64,000 bases of DNA from an uncultured Gemmatimonadaceae bacterium (GCA_963761305.1 CAVXGK010000002.1:3296001-3360000), one strand, 5' to 3'; positions 19,022-29,340 are shown, counted from the first letter of the stretch. Numbers and translations are program-made. Notes: a model not told the origin generated them from the sequence alone.

Positions 19022-21700
19022 ATGTTCTGGCGCAGCCGATCATCGCGCACGCGCGATCTGAACGCCGAAATGCAAACTCACCTCGACATGGCGATCCGCG
19101 ACCGGATCGCGCGCGGCGAATCGCCGGACGACGCGGCGCGAAACGCGCGACGCGGGTTCGGCGATCAAACCACCGTGCGCGAGTCGACGAGCGACATGTG
19201 GAGCAGCGACTGGCCCCATCAGATTGCCCAGGAGTTCAGGCAGGCGGCGCGCAGCCTCGCGCGCGTCCCCGTGTTCTCGCTCGCCGCGGTGCTGACCCTC
19301 GCACTCGGCATCGGCGCGAACACCGCGATCTTCAGCGTCATCAACGGCGTGGTGCTTCGGCCGCTGCCGTTCGCCAAGCCGGAACAGCTCGTCTACATCA
19401 CGAGCCAGTTCTCCAAGATGAACCTCGACCACTTCCCGCTCGACGGAGCGGAGTTCATCGAGCTGAGCGAGCGGAATCATTCGTTCAAGGACGTAGGCGC
19501 GTACTCCGTCGGCGCGGCGAACGTCGGCGCGGACGAAAGTCCCCGGCGCGTCACCTCTGCGGTCGCGTCGGCGAGTCTGTTCACCGCGATGGGCGTGCCG
19601 CCCATCTCCGGTCGCACGTTCCGGCAGGAGGAGACGCTTCCCAACGGACCCTCAGTCGTCGTGATCTCGCGCGACCTCTGGGAGAGCGCGTTCGGCGGAC
19701 GCCCCGTCGTCGGCCAGCAGATTCAGGTGGACGGCATCGCCCGCACCGTGATCGGCATCATGCCGAGCGGATTCGACGTGCACGACGAGGGCGTGCAGGT
19801 GTGGCTGCCGTTGGTGATCGATCCGGCGAACCGCAATCAATTCCGCGGCGGCCACTTCCTCACCCTCGTCGGGCGGCTCAAGGACGGAGTCTCGATCGAC
19901 CGTGCGCGCAGCGATCTCGAAACGATGATGGCGCAGTGGAACGTCCTCGACGGCGGCGATGGCCGTCCGCCGTCCGAGTGCTGCAGCCCCGGCTACGTTC
20001 ACACGCCGCACCCGAAGGAGCATCGCCTGCGCTACGACAACTTGCAGGCGGACATCGTCGGCGGCATCGGACGGACGCTGTGGCTTCTCCAGGCCGCGGT
20101 CGGGTTCGTCCTCCTCATCGCCTGCGCGAATCTCGCCAATCTGCTGCTCATCCGTGCCGAGGGTCGTCACAAGGAGCTCGCGCTTCGCGCCGCACTCGGC
20201 GCCGGGCGTGGACGATTGGTCCGGCAGTTCCTCGCCGAGAGCCTCGTGCTGTCCGTCGTCGGTGCGGCGGCCGGAGTGGCGCTGGCGCGAGTCGGGCTCA
20301 AGATCTTCGTGGCCGCCGGAGCGCAGAGCATTCCGCGCGCCGCCGCCGTCGGGATCGACGGGCGCGTGTTGGCGTTCACGCTGCTCATCGCCGTCGGCAC
20401 GGGTGTGATCTTCGGCCTCGCGCCGGCGCTGCACCTGAGCGTCGGCAATCTCGGACTCACACTACGAGAAGCGGGGAGCCGGACGACGACGGTCGGCGCG
20501 CGCAGCAGGATGCGCAACGCGCTCGTGATCGGCGAGATGGCGCTCGCCGTCACGCTGGTGATCGGCGCCGGTCTGTTGATCAAGAGCTTCGCGAACCTCA
20601 TGGCGGTGGATGCGGGCTTCGACAGAACGCATCTCACGACCTTCCGTATTGCGCTCCCGCCGCGCGTGTACCGCGACACCGTTCGACGGGTGGCGTTCTT
20701 CGACAACGTGACGCGCGAGTTGGCGGCGGTGCCGGGCGTGCGTGCGACGGCGGCGATGTCCGGCCTTCCGCCACAGCGTTTCGTGAACGCGAACGACACC
20801 GAAATCGAGGGCTACGTGCCGCCGCCGGGCGACCAGAAGATGCCCAACCTCGACTTCTACCAATTCACCACGCCGACCTACTTCACGACGATGCGCATTC
20901 CGATCGTCGCCGGTCGCGGGTTCGGGCAGCAGGACGGGCCGCTGTCGAATCCGGTCGCGCTCATCAATGAAACGACGGCGAAGCGATACTATGGAAGCGT
21001 CAGCCCGGTGGGCCGTCGCATTCGACCGAACGGCAATCCGACCTGGTTCACGATCATCGGCGTCGCCAAGGACGTGAAACAGGGCGGCGTAAACTCGAAG
21101 ACCGGCACCGAGCTGTACCTCGACTACGAGCAATTGCCGCGGCAGACGGGGTTCGTGCCGCCGAACATGTACGTCGCCGTGCGATCGGAGCTCGACAAGA
21201 CGGTGCTGGCACCGAGCATTCGTAGAGTGGTGAGCGGTCTAGATCCGTCGCTGCCGATCGTACAATTGCGGAGTATGGACGAAGTGTTCGGCGACTCCGT
21301 CGCGCAGCCGCATTTCCTCGCTCAGCTGCTCGCCGTGTTCGCGCTCGTCGCGCTCGTGCTCTCAGCCGTCGGCACGTACGGCGTCGTCGCCTACTCGATC
21401 ACCGAACGCGTGCGCGAGATCGGCATTCGTATGGCGCTCGGCGCCAGCGCCGAACGCGTACTCGGCATGGTGCTGCGACAAGGGTTCGCGCTCGGCGTCG
21501 CCGGCGTGGCGCTCGGGGTGCTCGGCGCCGCGGCCGTGACCCGGCTGATGTCGACGCTGTTGTTCGGCGTGAAGCCGGTCGACGCCACGACGTTTGGCGC
21601 GGTGGCGGTGCTGATGTTGATCGTCGCGTGTCTGGCGGCGTACGTGCCGGCGCGGAGGGCGACGCGAGTGGATCCGCTGACCGCTCTGCGAGCGGAGTGA
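19022..21700 (+). CDS. MacB/FtsX-like duplicated ABC permease (ADOP-type)
   Basis: EMQTHLDM N-terminal extension, ALGIGANTAIFS, LLIACANLANL, RRATRVDPLTALRAE. Confidence 0.93.
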   Translation: MFWRSRSSRTRDLNAEMQTHLDMAIRDRIARGESPDDAARNARRGFGDQTTVRESTSDMWSSDWPHQIAQEFRQAARSLARVPVFSLAAVLTLALGIGANTAIFSVINGVVLRPLPFAKPEQLVYITSQFSKMNLDHFPLDGAEFIELSERNHSFKDVGAYSVGAANVGADESPRRVTSAVASASLFTAMGVPPISGRTFRQEETLPNGPSVVVISRDLWESAFGGRPVVGQQIQVDGIARTVIGIMPSGFDVHDEGVQVWLPLVIDPANRNQFRGGHFLTLVGRLKDGVSIDRARSDLETMMAQWNVLDGGDGRPPSECCSPGYVHTPHPKEHRLRYDNLQADIVGGIGRTLWLLQAAVGFVLLIACANLANLLLIRAEGRHKELALRAALGAGRGRLVRQFLAESLVLSVVGAAAGVALARVGLKIFVAAGAQSIPRAAAVGIDGRVLAFTLLIAVGTGVIFGLAPALHLSVGNLGLTLREAGSRTTTVGARSRMRNALVIGEMALAVTLVIGAGLLIKSFANLMAVDAGFDRTHLTTFRIALPPRVYRDTVRRVAFFDNVTRELAAVPGVRATAAMSGLPPQRFVNANDTEIEGYVPPPGDQKMPNLDFYQFTTPTYFTTMRIPIVAGRGFGQQDGPLSNPVALINETTAKRYYGSVSPVGRRIRPNGNPTWFTIIGVAKDVKQGGVNSKTGTELYLDYEQLPRQTGFVPPNMYVAVRSELDKTVLAPSIRRVVSGLDPSLPIVQLRSMDEVFGDSVAQPHFLAQLLAVFALVALVLSAVGTYGVVAYSITERVREIGIRMALGASAERVLGMVLRQGFALGVAGVALGVLGAAAVTRLMSTLLFGVKPVDATTFGAVAVLMLIVACLAAYVPARRATRVDPLTALRAE

Positions 21701-21701
21701 G

Positions 21702-21730
21702 GACGGCCGGCGGCTAAGCCGCCAGCCGTC
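21702..21730. terminator. Hairpin between convergent genes
   Basis: GACGGC-CGGCGGC-taa-GCCGCCA-GCCGTC; no U-tract. Confidence 0.4.
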
Positions 21731-21737
21731 GGCCCGC

Positions 21738-22613
21738 TCACCCTTTGTCGTCGAACGTCACTACCTGCTGCACAGCGTCCAGCGGCCGATCCACCTTGTC
21801 GCCCATCGGCGCCACGGCCGTTCCCACGGCGAAGAACTCGATCGCGTTCGCGCCCCAACCCCAGTTCGACTCTTCGACTCGCGCCCCGACGATCCCGACG
21901 CCGCCGCGCTCGATCGCCTCGGCTTGCATCCGCTCGATCGCCAGCTCGCGCGCCGCGTACGTCGCGTCGGTGTAGACCTTCATCTCCTGATTGCGGCCGG
22001 CCTGCTTGAGCGCCTGCATGAAACTCAAATGCGCGATATGGTACACGCACGCGCCCATCGCCAGGCTCACCGGCCGATACCCGCCGCGCACGAGCTTCCA
22101 CAAATCCTGACCACTGAGATCCGACGTGAACGGGCGGTTGTCCTTTGTGCGAAAGCTGCCCTTTCGTTCGCGATGCCGAATGCCCGTGCCGACCGCCTGA
22201 AATTCGAGCACGCCCTCGTCCATCGCGTATTCCTTGAAGATGAGACGCACGCCCACGACGCCGTCGGCGCCGAGCAGGTCGGCCTCCTCTTCCATGCGCG
22301 TCATCGCAAGCTCGCGCGCGTCGAACATCGCTTTGGTCAACACGCCGAGCTCCTGACTCACGCTCCACTTCTGCCACTGAAATCCGACGTGGTAGATCGA
22401 CGAGCCCATGACCAGTCCGAGCGCTTCGAAGCCGGCTTGCTCGACGAGCAGAAACTCGTCCACCGTGAGATCGCTCGTGAAGAAGGCAGGTCGGTCGCCG
22501 GCGCCGCGCATCGCGCGCAGACGCTCGGCGGCCCCGCTCGGAAGATTGGCCGTCGACCCCGGGACGTAGTCCGGCATGATGGCTCCCTGTCGTGAATCGT
22601 TAGAAGTGGACAT
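21738..22613 (-). CDS. Tandem YbjQ-like (UPF0145, putative heavy-metal-binding) domain protein
   Basis: Two repeats of FTSDL...ARELAxxRMxxEA...GxVGxR...EFxAVGT. Confidence 0.85.
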   Translation of the reverse strand: MSTSNDSRQGAIMPDYVPGSTANLPSGAAERLRAMRGAGDRPAFFTSDLTVDEFLLVEQAGFEALGLVMGSSIYHVGFQWQKWSVSQELGVLTKAMFDARELAMTRMEEEADLLGADGVVGVRLIFKEYAMDEGVLEFQAVGTGIRHRERKGSFRTKDNRPFTSDLSGQDLWKLVRGGYRPVSLAMGACVYHIAHLSFMQALKQAGRNQEMKVYTDATYAARELAIERMQAEAIERGGVGIVGARVEESNWGWGANAIEFFAVGTAVAPMGDKVDRPLDAVQQVVTFDDKG

Positions 22614-22626
22614 CAGTGACCGGCGA

Positions 22627-23016
22627 TCAGCTGGTGGAGCTCAACCAGGTCCGCAGCGCATCGCGTCCGCGCTCGGTTCGTTTCAGCTCGACGTCGAGCG
22701 CGAGGCCCAGCTCGGCGAGAAAGTCTTCGATCTCGAGCGACATGTTGCGCACGACGACACCGCGCACTTCCTGTTGGCGCACGGCCTCGAACGAGCCGTT
22801 CGAGCTTCGTCTGAGCGCGTAGACGAAACCACCGAGCGGGAGTCGAACGGCCGTCACGCGCCGGCGCAGCAGCGCACGCTCAACCTGAACGCCGGGGACG
22901 ACGTCGGAGAGCATCGACACGAGCTCGTCGAGCAGCGCGTCGCGGTCCTCTCGGCTTCGCTGAGCGAGGATCGCGGCAACGCTCGCGCCCTCGAACGACG
23001 GCGAGGAGTCGGACAT
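22627..23016 (-). CDS. Hypothetical protein
   Basis: Co-oriented 13 bp upstream of the YbjQ-like gene; plausible codon usage. Confidence 0.7.
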   Translation of the reverse strand: MSDSSPSFEGASVAAILAQRSREDRDALLDELVSMLSDVVPGVQVERALLRRRVTAVRLPLGGFVYALRRSSNGSFEAVRQQEVRGVVVRNMSLEIEDFLAELGLALDVELKRTERGRDALRTWLSSTS

Positions 23017-23219
23017 CGTCGAGAAGCTAGCCGGACAGCCGCGGCGCTAACAGACTCGGCTGCCGTCTACGGCTCGGCTTGCGGCCGATGGCCGAGGGGG
23101 GGGACTGGCTTGGCGGACGCGACAGAAAATGAAAGGCCCAGGGCGGCACGCCCCGCCCCGCGCGGTGTAGGACTTTGGGCCTTACCACCATCTCACAACC
23201 AGAGTTATGAGGAGTTTCG

Positions 23220-24836
23220 ATGTCAGCATTGTGGCGTAATCGATGGGGCCGCCGCTCCACCGTCGCCTTGTCGGTCATAGGAGTCGCGGTGGCAGCAGCC
23301 GTCGCCGAGCGCCCCAGCGCGGCACACGGCGCAACGTCGCCGTCCGACACCTCGAGCGTCAAGCGCGCTTCGGCAACGACCCCGGCTGTAGCAAAGTTGG
23401 AGGACCTCAGTGACGCGTTTGCGACGATCGCCGCGCGCGTGAAACCGAGCGTCGTGTACATCATTGCGACGCAGAACGGCGAGCCCGTTGCTCACCGCGG
23501 CGGCCGGCAGCGGCCCCAGCAAACACCGGGACTCGACCAGATCCCGCCTGAGTTCCGTCAATTCTTCCAGATGCCTGGTGGCGGGGGCGGACCGGAGGAG
23601 GCACCACCGCAGGGTCGCTCCGTCGCGTCCGGCTCGGGCTTCATCGTCTCGGCCGACGGGTACATCCTCACCAACAACCACGTCGTCGACGGCGCGAGTG
23701 ACGTGCGTGTACGCCTGCTCGATCGCCGTGAGTACAAGGCCAAGGTCGTTGGCCGCGATCCGAACACCGACGTGGCCGTGATCAAGATCGACGCAACCGA
23801 CCTCACGCCGGCTCCGCTCGGCGACAGCGAGGCGTCGCGCGTCGGCGAGTGGGTGCTCGCGGTCGGCAATCCGCTCGGCGAGAACCTCACGTTCACCGTG
23901 ACCCAGGGCATCATCAGCGCCAAGGGTCGCGTACTCGGCATGCCGGGCCAGTCCCAGCAGACCATTCAAGATTTCATTCAGACCGACGCGGCGATCAACC
24001 CCGGAAACTCCGGCGGACCGCTCGTGAACGTTCGTGGTGAAGTAATCGGTATCAACAGCGCGATCGAGAGCCCGACAGGCTACAACACGGGCTACGGTTT
24101 CGCCGTGCCGATCAATCTTGCGCGCGCCGTCATGAGCCAGATCATCAAGTCCGGTCACGTCGATCGCGTTGCGCTCGGCATCTCAGTGCGTGACGCGAGT
24201 GCCGATGACGCGGCCTACGTCGGCGCGAAGCAGATCGGCGGTGTGCTCGTCGAGGATTTCGCCGACAAGAACTCGGCGGCTGCGAAGGCCGGGTTGGTGG
24301 CTGGTGACGTGATCGTCGCCGTGGACGGCAAGCCGATCAGCTACGTGGCACAGCTCCAGGAGATGATCGCGTTCCGCAAGCCCGGGGACATGGTCACGCT
24401 CGACGTGGCGCGCAAAGGCGGGCAGCGGGCAACCGTTCGCGTTCCGCTCCAGCGTGCGTCAACAGGTGAAGAGTCGACGCCGTCGAACGACCATGGCGAC
24501 GCCGATAGAACGAAGGGTTCGTCCATGCATATGCTCGGAGCGAGCGGCGTGGCGGTCGACGCCCAGGCGGCGCAGGAACTTCGGCTTCCATCCGACATCC
24601 GCGGAGTCATCGTGACCGGGGTCGAAGACGGAAGTTCGGCCGAGAGCCATCTGGCGACGCCCGAAGAGGGTGGCCCCGACATCATTCTTTCCGTCGAGGG
24701 AACGCCGGTTCAGACGCCCGAGCAACTGCGGGCGGCGTTGAACAACATGAAGGCAGGCAGCATCGTGACGCTGAGCGTGTACAACGTGCCGGCGAAGTCG
24801 AAGCGGATCGAGAGAGTGCGGCTGGGCGGGCAATAA
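23220..24836 (+). CDS. HtrA/DegP-family serine protease with two PDZ domains
   Basis: GSGFIVS, TNNHVV, DVAVIK, IQTDAAINPGNSGGPL; GAGGAG RBS. Confidence 0.95.
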   Translation: MSALWRNRWGRRSTVALSVIGVAVAAAVAERPSAAHGATSPSDTSSVKRASATTPAVAKLEDLSDAFATIAARVKPSVVYIIATQNGEPVAHRGGRQRPQQTPGLDQIPPEFRQFFQMPGGGGGPEEAPPQGRSVASGSGFIVSADGYILTNNHVVDGASDVRVRLLDRREYKAKVVGRDPNTDVAVIKIDATDLTPAPLGDSEASRVGEWVLAVGNPLGENLTFTVTQGIISAKGRVLGMPGQSQQTIQDFIQTDAAINPGNSGGPLVNVRGEVIGINSAIESPTGYNTGYGFAVPINLARAVMSQIIKSGHVDRVALGISVRDASADDAAYVGAKQIGGVLVEDFADKNSAAAKAGLVAGDVIVAVDGKPISYVAQLQEMIAFRKPGDMVTLDVARKGGQRATVRVPLQRASTGEESTPSNDHGDADRTKGSSMHMLGASGVAVDAQAAQELRLPSDIRGVIVTGVEDGSSAESHLATPEEGGPDIILSVEGTPVQTPEQLRAALNNMKAGSIVTLSVYNVPAKSKRIERVRLGGQ

Positions 24837-24942
24837 AAGCTCGTCTCGCTGAATGAGATTCAACGCCGTGGCGAGTCTGCTCGCCACGGCGTTCTCTTTT
24901 TGCGGCGATCACGCGCCGAGCCGTCGTCGATGGGTGTTGCCG

Positions 24943-25350
24943 TCAGCGTCGGCTCGCAGTTGGCTCGCCGGCGAGTCGAAGCTCGCGCCATTCCACGCGC
25001 CCGTGTCGGATCGCATCGCGGATTCGTCGTTCGCGAGTGGAGAGCGCGGCATCGCCCGTCTTGATCTCGACGAAAACGATTCGGCGCAGCTCGCCTTCAT
25101 CCAGTCCGTCGAACACGACGAAGTCCACGGGCTTGCCGATGAACTGCGCGTCCTTGGGATTGAACTCGAACGACGGAAAGTACGCGGCGAATTGCTCGAA
25201 CACTTGTCCGCGCGTCACCGCTCGGCTCTGACTCACTGCGTCTCGCCGAATGTCCCGTGAGCGCCGAGCGTGCCGGAGCGCCGCGAACATCGACGCCAGC
25301 GCTCCGCCGATCACGGCGCCGAGCACGAGTCCCGCGATCAGGTTTGCCAT
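24943..25350 (-). CDS. Membrane-anchored Holliday-junction-resolvase-like PD-(D/E)XK nuclease
   Basis: N-terminal TM helix; SRAVTRGQVFEQFA, FIGKPVDFVVFDG, FVEIKTG. Confidence 0.85.
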   Translation of the reverse strand: MANLIAGLVLGAVIGGALASMFAALRHARRSRDIRRDAVSQSRAVTRGQVFEQFAAYFPSFEFNPKDAQFIGKPVDFVVFDGLDEGELRRIVFVEIKTGDAALSTRERRIRDAIRHGRVEWRELRLAGEPTASRR

Positions 25351-25456
25351 GTCTCCGCCGTTCACAGTCCACCCGTCCCGCCGTCTACCTCGGTCCAAGG
25401 TACGCCTGTCCGCTCGGGCTCGCCAAGCAAAATCGTTCGCGACGGAATAGAATGCC

Positions 25457-26488
25457 GTGATGCATCGTCCGTCTCATATCGCCTGGTCCGGCCTCATGGC
25501 CGCGGTCCTCACGTCGGCCGCCGCCTCGCAATCTCCAACGCAAGCCGCGTCTCCTTCTATAGAAAGAGAAAGCGACTCGACGCGCGCGCACCTCAACGCG
25601 GGCCGCAAGAAGCACGACTCGGTCGCGTTCGCGTCGACGGTTGCCTTCGGTCGGCACCAGATGAAAACGTGGCCCGCGGCGCCAACGCCACTCGTCGGAT
25701 CGATTCTCCCCGGCAATCGCATCGTGGCGTTCTACGGCAATCCGCTCGCGAAGCGCATGGGTGTGTTGGGCGAATACCCGACCGATCAGATGCTCGCCAA
25801 GCTCGACGACGCGGTGCGCGAGTGGCAGCGTGCCGATCCAGCGACACCCGTCAAGCCGGCGCTGCAGTTGATCGCCGTCGTCGCGCAAGGCGCTCCCGGC
25901 CGAGACGGCATGTATCGCCTTCGCATGGACTCGGCGCTGATCGAGAAGGTGTACGGCTGGGCGAAGCAGAGGAACGCGCTGCTCTTTCTCGACATCCAGG
26001 TCGGCAAGAGCACCATGCAGCGCGAGCTCCCCAGACTCATGCCATTTCTCTCACGCCCCGACGTGCACCTGGCGATGGACGCCGAGTTCTCGATGCACTA
26101 CAGCAAAGAGGGCCTGCCGCCCGGCAAGAAAGTGGGCCAGTTCGACGCGAAGGACATCAACTGGGTCTCGGAGCAGCTTCAGGCGCTCGTGACGGAAAAG
26201 CAGGTGCCGCCCAAGGTCCTCGTCGTGCACCGCTGGCTCAAGCAGATGATCTCGAACGCCGACAAGATCACCGTCGACCCGCGCGTGCAGGTCGTGATGG
26301 ACATGGACGGCTGGGGTCCGCCGTGGATGAAGTTCGAGTCGTATCGCGACTACATCGATCTCGAGCCGGTCGAGTACACGGGATTCAAGATCTTCTATCA
26401 CAATGACGTCAAGCACCACGACCCGTTGCTCGCGCCCGCCGAGGTGCTGTGGCTCAGACCGCGGCCGCTCTACATCCAGTACCAGTGA
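25457..26488 (+). CDS. Secreted conserved hypothetical protein
   Basis: Signal peptide; RIVAFYGNP, LDIQVG, VHLAMDAEF, MDGWG, GFKIFY. Confidence 0.8.
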   Translation: MMHRPSHIAWSGLMAAVLTSAAASQSPTQAASPSIERESDSTRAHLNAGRKKHDSVAFASTVAFGRHQMKTWPAAPTPLVGSILPGNRIVAFYGNPLAKRMGVLGEYPTDQMLAKLDDAVREWQRADPATPVKPALQLIAVVAQGAPGRDGMYRLRMDSALIEKVYGWAKQRNALLFLDIQVGKSTMQRELPRLMPFLSRPDVHLAMDAEFSMHYSKEGLPPGKKVGQFDAKDINWVSEQLQALVTEKQVPPKVLVVHRWLKQMISNADKITVDPRVQVVMDMDGWGPPWMKFESYRDYIDLEPVEYTGFKIFYHNDVKHHDPLLAPAEVLWLRPRPLYIQYQ

Positions 26489-26525
26489 CGTTCGCCAGCG
26501 GCCAGCGGGCGCACGCCCGCGAGCG

Positions 26526-27428
26526 TCATTTCGGCCAGATCGTGAAATCGGCCATGGCACGCCGCACGAGCGTGGGCCCCATCTGCTCGAGCGCGGCGTT
26601 CAACTCGAGCAGGTGCCCGCGCGACAGCTCGAGCACGTGTTCGTCCGGCTGGAACTTCGTGCCGATCGGATAGTCGAGAAACGGCGTGCGCGATTCCTCG
26701 ACGTGCGCCCCGAGCACGTGCGCCACGCGCAGGTCTCGCGTGAAGTCGACCAGCCGGCGCACGCTCTTCGTGAAGGCGGCTGCGTCGGCGACGTAGAGAC
26801 GGCCCGGGTACATCGTGTCGCCAGTCAGGAGAATTCCGGTCCGCCGGTCGTAGATGGCGATCGACGCGCGCTCGTGTCCAGGAATCGGAATGACGTCGAG
26901 CACGCGTCCGCCGAGGTCGAACGTCGCCGTCGAGTCAGGCCATGCTTTGATCATAAAAAAGCGCCGGACGGCCTCCGGACTCGTGCCGACGACCGTGAGG
27001 CCGGCCATCGCGCTGAGCGCCGAGTCGCCGGCGACGTGGTCGCCGTGGGCGTGCGAATGCGCGGCGACGAGACGCGGGATCGGCTTGCCATGCGCGTCGG
27101 CCCAACGCTTGAGCGCTGCGGCGATTGCGTCGGCCACTCGCGCACCCTTGGCTCCCGTGTCGACGAGGAGTGCTTGTCCGTCGCCGAAGATCAGGTAGAG
27201 AAACGGCTTCTCATAGTTCGTGCAGCCTGATTGCCGGAGGATGTAGAAGTCCGGGTTGTACTCGTGAAGACGAAAATCGGACTGTCTGGTCGCGCACGCG
27301 TCCGGTGATTCGGCCCAGCTCGCGGGCAGCGTGCCGCGCTCGAGTCCCGCGCCGTCGGGCTGTGGCGCCTGTGCGACGGCGCCCGACGCGGAGACCAGGA
27401 ATGCGGTGAACGCGAGTGTCGGACTCAC
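26526..27428 (-). CDS. Secreted MBL-fold metallo-hydrolase
   Basis: LVDTG, HSHAHGDH, PGH, TGD, GAH metal-ligand motifs. Confidence 0.9.
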   Translation of the reverse strand: MSPTLAFTAFLVSASGAVAQAPQPDGAGLERGTLPASWAESPDACATRQSDFRLHEYNPDFYILRQSGCTNYEKPFLYLIFGDGQALLVDTGAKGARVADAIAAALKRWADAHGKPIPRLVAAHSHAHGDHVAGDSALSAMAGLTVVGTSPEAVRRFFMIKAWPDSTATFDLGGRVLDVIPIPGHERASIAIYDRRTGILLTGDTMYPGRLYVADAAAFTKSVRRLVDFTRDLRVAHVLGAHVEESRTPFLDYPIGTKFQPDEHVLELSRGHLLELNAALEQMGPTLVRRAMADFTIWPK

Positions 27429-27449
27429 TGTCGCTCCCTTTCTGGTCTC

Positions 27450-28151
27450 TTAGTGCGGCGTGACTATTCTCTGCCGCACCTTCTCCCGTTCCGCCACGAC
27501 GATCGGCTCCATCGCGCCGGCTCCGAGGGCCAGCGGTTGTCTCGCGCCGTCTGCCGCGCTCTCACTCTCAGCCGCGGCCCGTCCGGCCATGACCTTGGTC
27601 ACGAACCTCTGTCCCTCCGAGATTCGTTCGACTTCGATCGCGACAGCGTCCACCGCGTGTTCGATTCGCTCCAGCCGCATCGTCATATCGGCGGGCACCG
27701 ACGGCGAAGCAGCTCTCGGCGAGCGTCCGAGAATTCGCTTCGCCATGGCGATCGAAATCGGAAGCGCCAGCATCAGCGTTACAGCCGCCGGCAGGACCAT
27801 GTCGGGATTGAACAACCGCGAGTTCACGGGAATGTTCGGCACGCCGACCGGACGTCCCTGCTTCTGCGCGATGCGTGCGTCGAGGGTGGCGATGTTTCCT
27901 TCCACCTTGGCGAGCTGCACGCCGACGTCGGCCCACTGCTGCTGCACGCCCGGTCGCGCCGGATTGGACTGCAGCATCTCGTCGAGCTGATGCCTCAAGC
28001 CATCCCACTGCGCCTTGAGTCCGGCATGTTCGACTCGCAGATCCGCGACCTGTGCTTGGAGCGACCCGAGGTCGCCGGTTTGAATCGGCGCCGGGACTGA
28101 CGGGGCTGGCGGGGCGGCAGGTGCTGGTGTCTGTGTGGGCATCGTGGGCAC
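27450..28151 (-). CDS. Hypothetical membrane-anchored coiled-coil protein
   Basis: Coiled coil, one TM helix, RLERIEHAVDAVAIEVERISEGQRFVTK; GGAGG upstream. Confidence 0.75.
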   Translation of the reverse strand: MPTMPTQTPAPAAPPAPSVPAPIQTGDLGSLQAQVADLRVEHAGLKAQWDGLRHQLDEMLQSNPARPGVQQQWADVGVQLAKVEGNIATLDARIAQKQGRPVGVPNIPVNSRLFNPDMVLPAAVTLMLALPISIAMAKRILGRSPRAASPSVPADMTMRLERIEHAVDAVAIEVERISEGQRFVTKVMAGRAAAESESAADGARQPLALGAGAMEPIVVAEREKVRQRIVTPH

Positions 28152-28178
28152 TCGCGGGTTGATGAGGCCTCCTAAGTC

Positions 28179-28205
28179 TACGGGTCGGACGAGCCGGCGG
28201 TTACA
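28179..28205 (-). promoter_or_regulatory. Candidate ECF (SigW-like) promoter TGTAACC-N16-CGTA
   Basis: Read on the minus strand just upstream of the RBS of 27450..28151. Confidence 0.5.
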
Positions 28206-28290
28206 GCCAGCCTGCGTCCCAGGCCCCCAATCTTGCGGCCTCCGCCGACCGCAGCCCTCGCCGCCGGAACCGCAGCGCCCCCCGGCGCAC

Positions 28291-29184
28291 CTACTTTCTC
28301 GCGGTCGCGACCAGCGCCCGCAAGGCCCGGTAGACCGCCGGCCAGCTCGTCGACCCTGGATCGATCATCTCGAAATGACCCGACGCCGACAGCTTAATGA
28401 TTCGCGCCGACGTGTCGCCGATCGCTTGGGGGCGCGCGAAGTATGCTCGGCCGCCCGGACCGAACGCTTGGTCCTTGGCGCCGATCACGAGTGTTTGTGG
28501 AACCCCGACCGGCGCGAGTCGCATCGCTGACGCGGCCGCGTATCGATCGGCGTGCGCCGACGGCGCGCCGCCCATCAGTCTGTCGATGACGCCGCCGCAG
28601 ACTTGGACCTGTTCGACTTGCTCGAGGTCGGGCGCCGGGGCCCAACGCGAACACCGCGCGCACGCGCAGCGGGTCTTTGACGTAGAGCTCACTCGTCGCT
28701 GGAATCTTGCTTCGCGCGGCGAGCCAGAGTGCGAACGCACCGCCCGCCGAGTGCCCCGCGGCGATGACGTGATCGAGGTCCAACCCGTATTTCGACGCCA
28801 CTTGTCGCAGGTAGTCGGTGGCGAGTCCGACGTCTGCGAAGGTATTCGGCCACCCGCCCCCGTCGTCACCGACGCGTCGATACTCGATGCTCCACACGGC
28901 GAACCCGCTGTCGGCGAGCGCCTGCTCGAGCTTTCCGACGTGCGCGATGTCGAACTGCGAAAGCCAACAGCCACCATGCACGAACACGATGACCGGATGC
29001 GGCCCCGGGGAGTGCGGCAACCGAAGGTTCCAAACTGGAGTGGCGACGGACCGTAGGTGATGCGCGCCGTGGGCGGTCCGGCAGCGAGCGATCCAAGATC
29101 GTTCGGCGTCATGAGCCGCTGGGCGCCGAGCGGGCACGCGGCGAGCATCAGCGGTGCGATATGGAGGCGCGAACCCACTCTCAT
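28291..29184 (-). pseudogene. Alpha/beta hydrolase (HGGCW, GHSAGG) with two compensating frameshifts; possibly intact with sequencing errors
   Basis: N- and C-termini are in one frame and the catalytic core in another; shifts near 29028 and 28641 fall in short homopolymers. Confidence 0.75.
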
Positions 29185-29340
29185 TGAGCTTCCTCGACGG
29201 CGTGGACTTCCAGAACGCTGACTCCAAAGAGGGGTGGAAAGGCGATCAGAACAAGTCGCGTCCTTTCGGCTTTTTCCCGATGACTTTCCCAATCCCGGCG
29301 TATATGATGATGTAGTTCCCTCCCGCCTCCGCTTCTTTCA

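Noticed and set aside
26526..27428. Metallo-beta-lactamase resistance gene
   Set aside because: The HxHxDH fold motif is shared by many hydrolases; no specific evidence.
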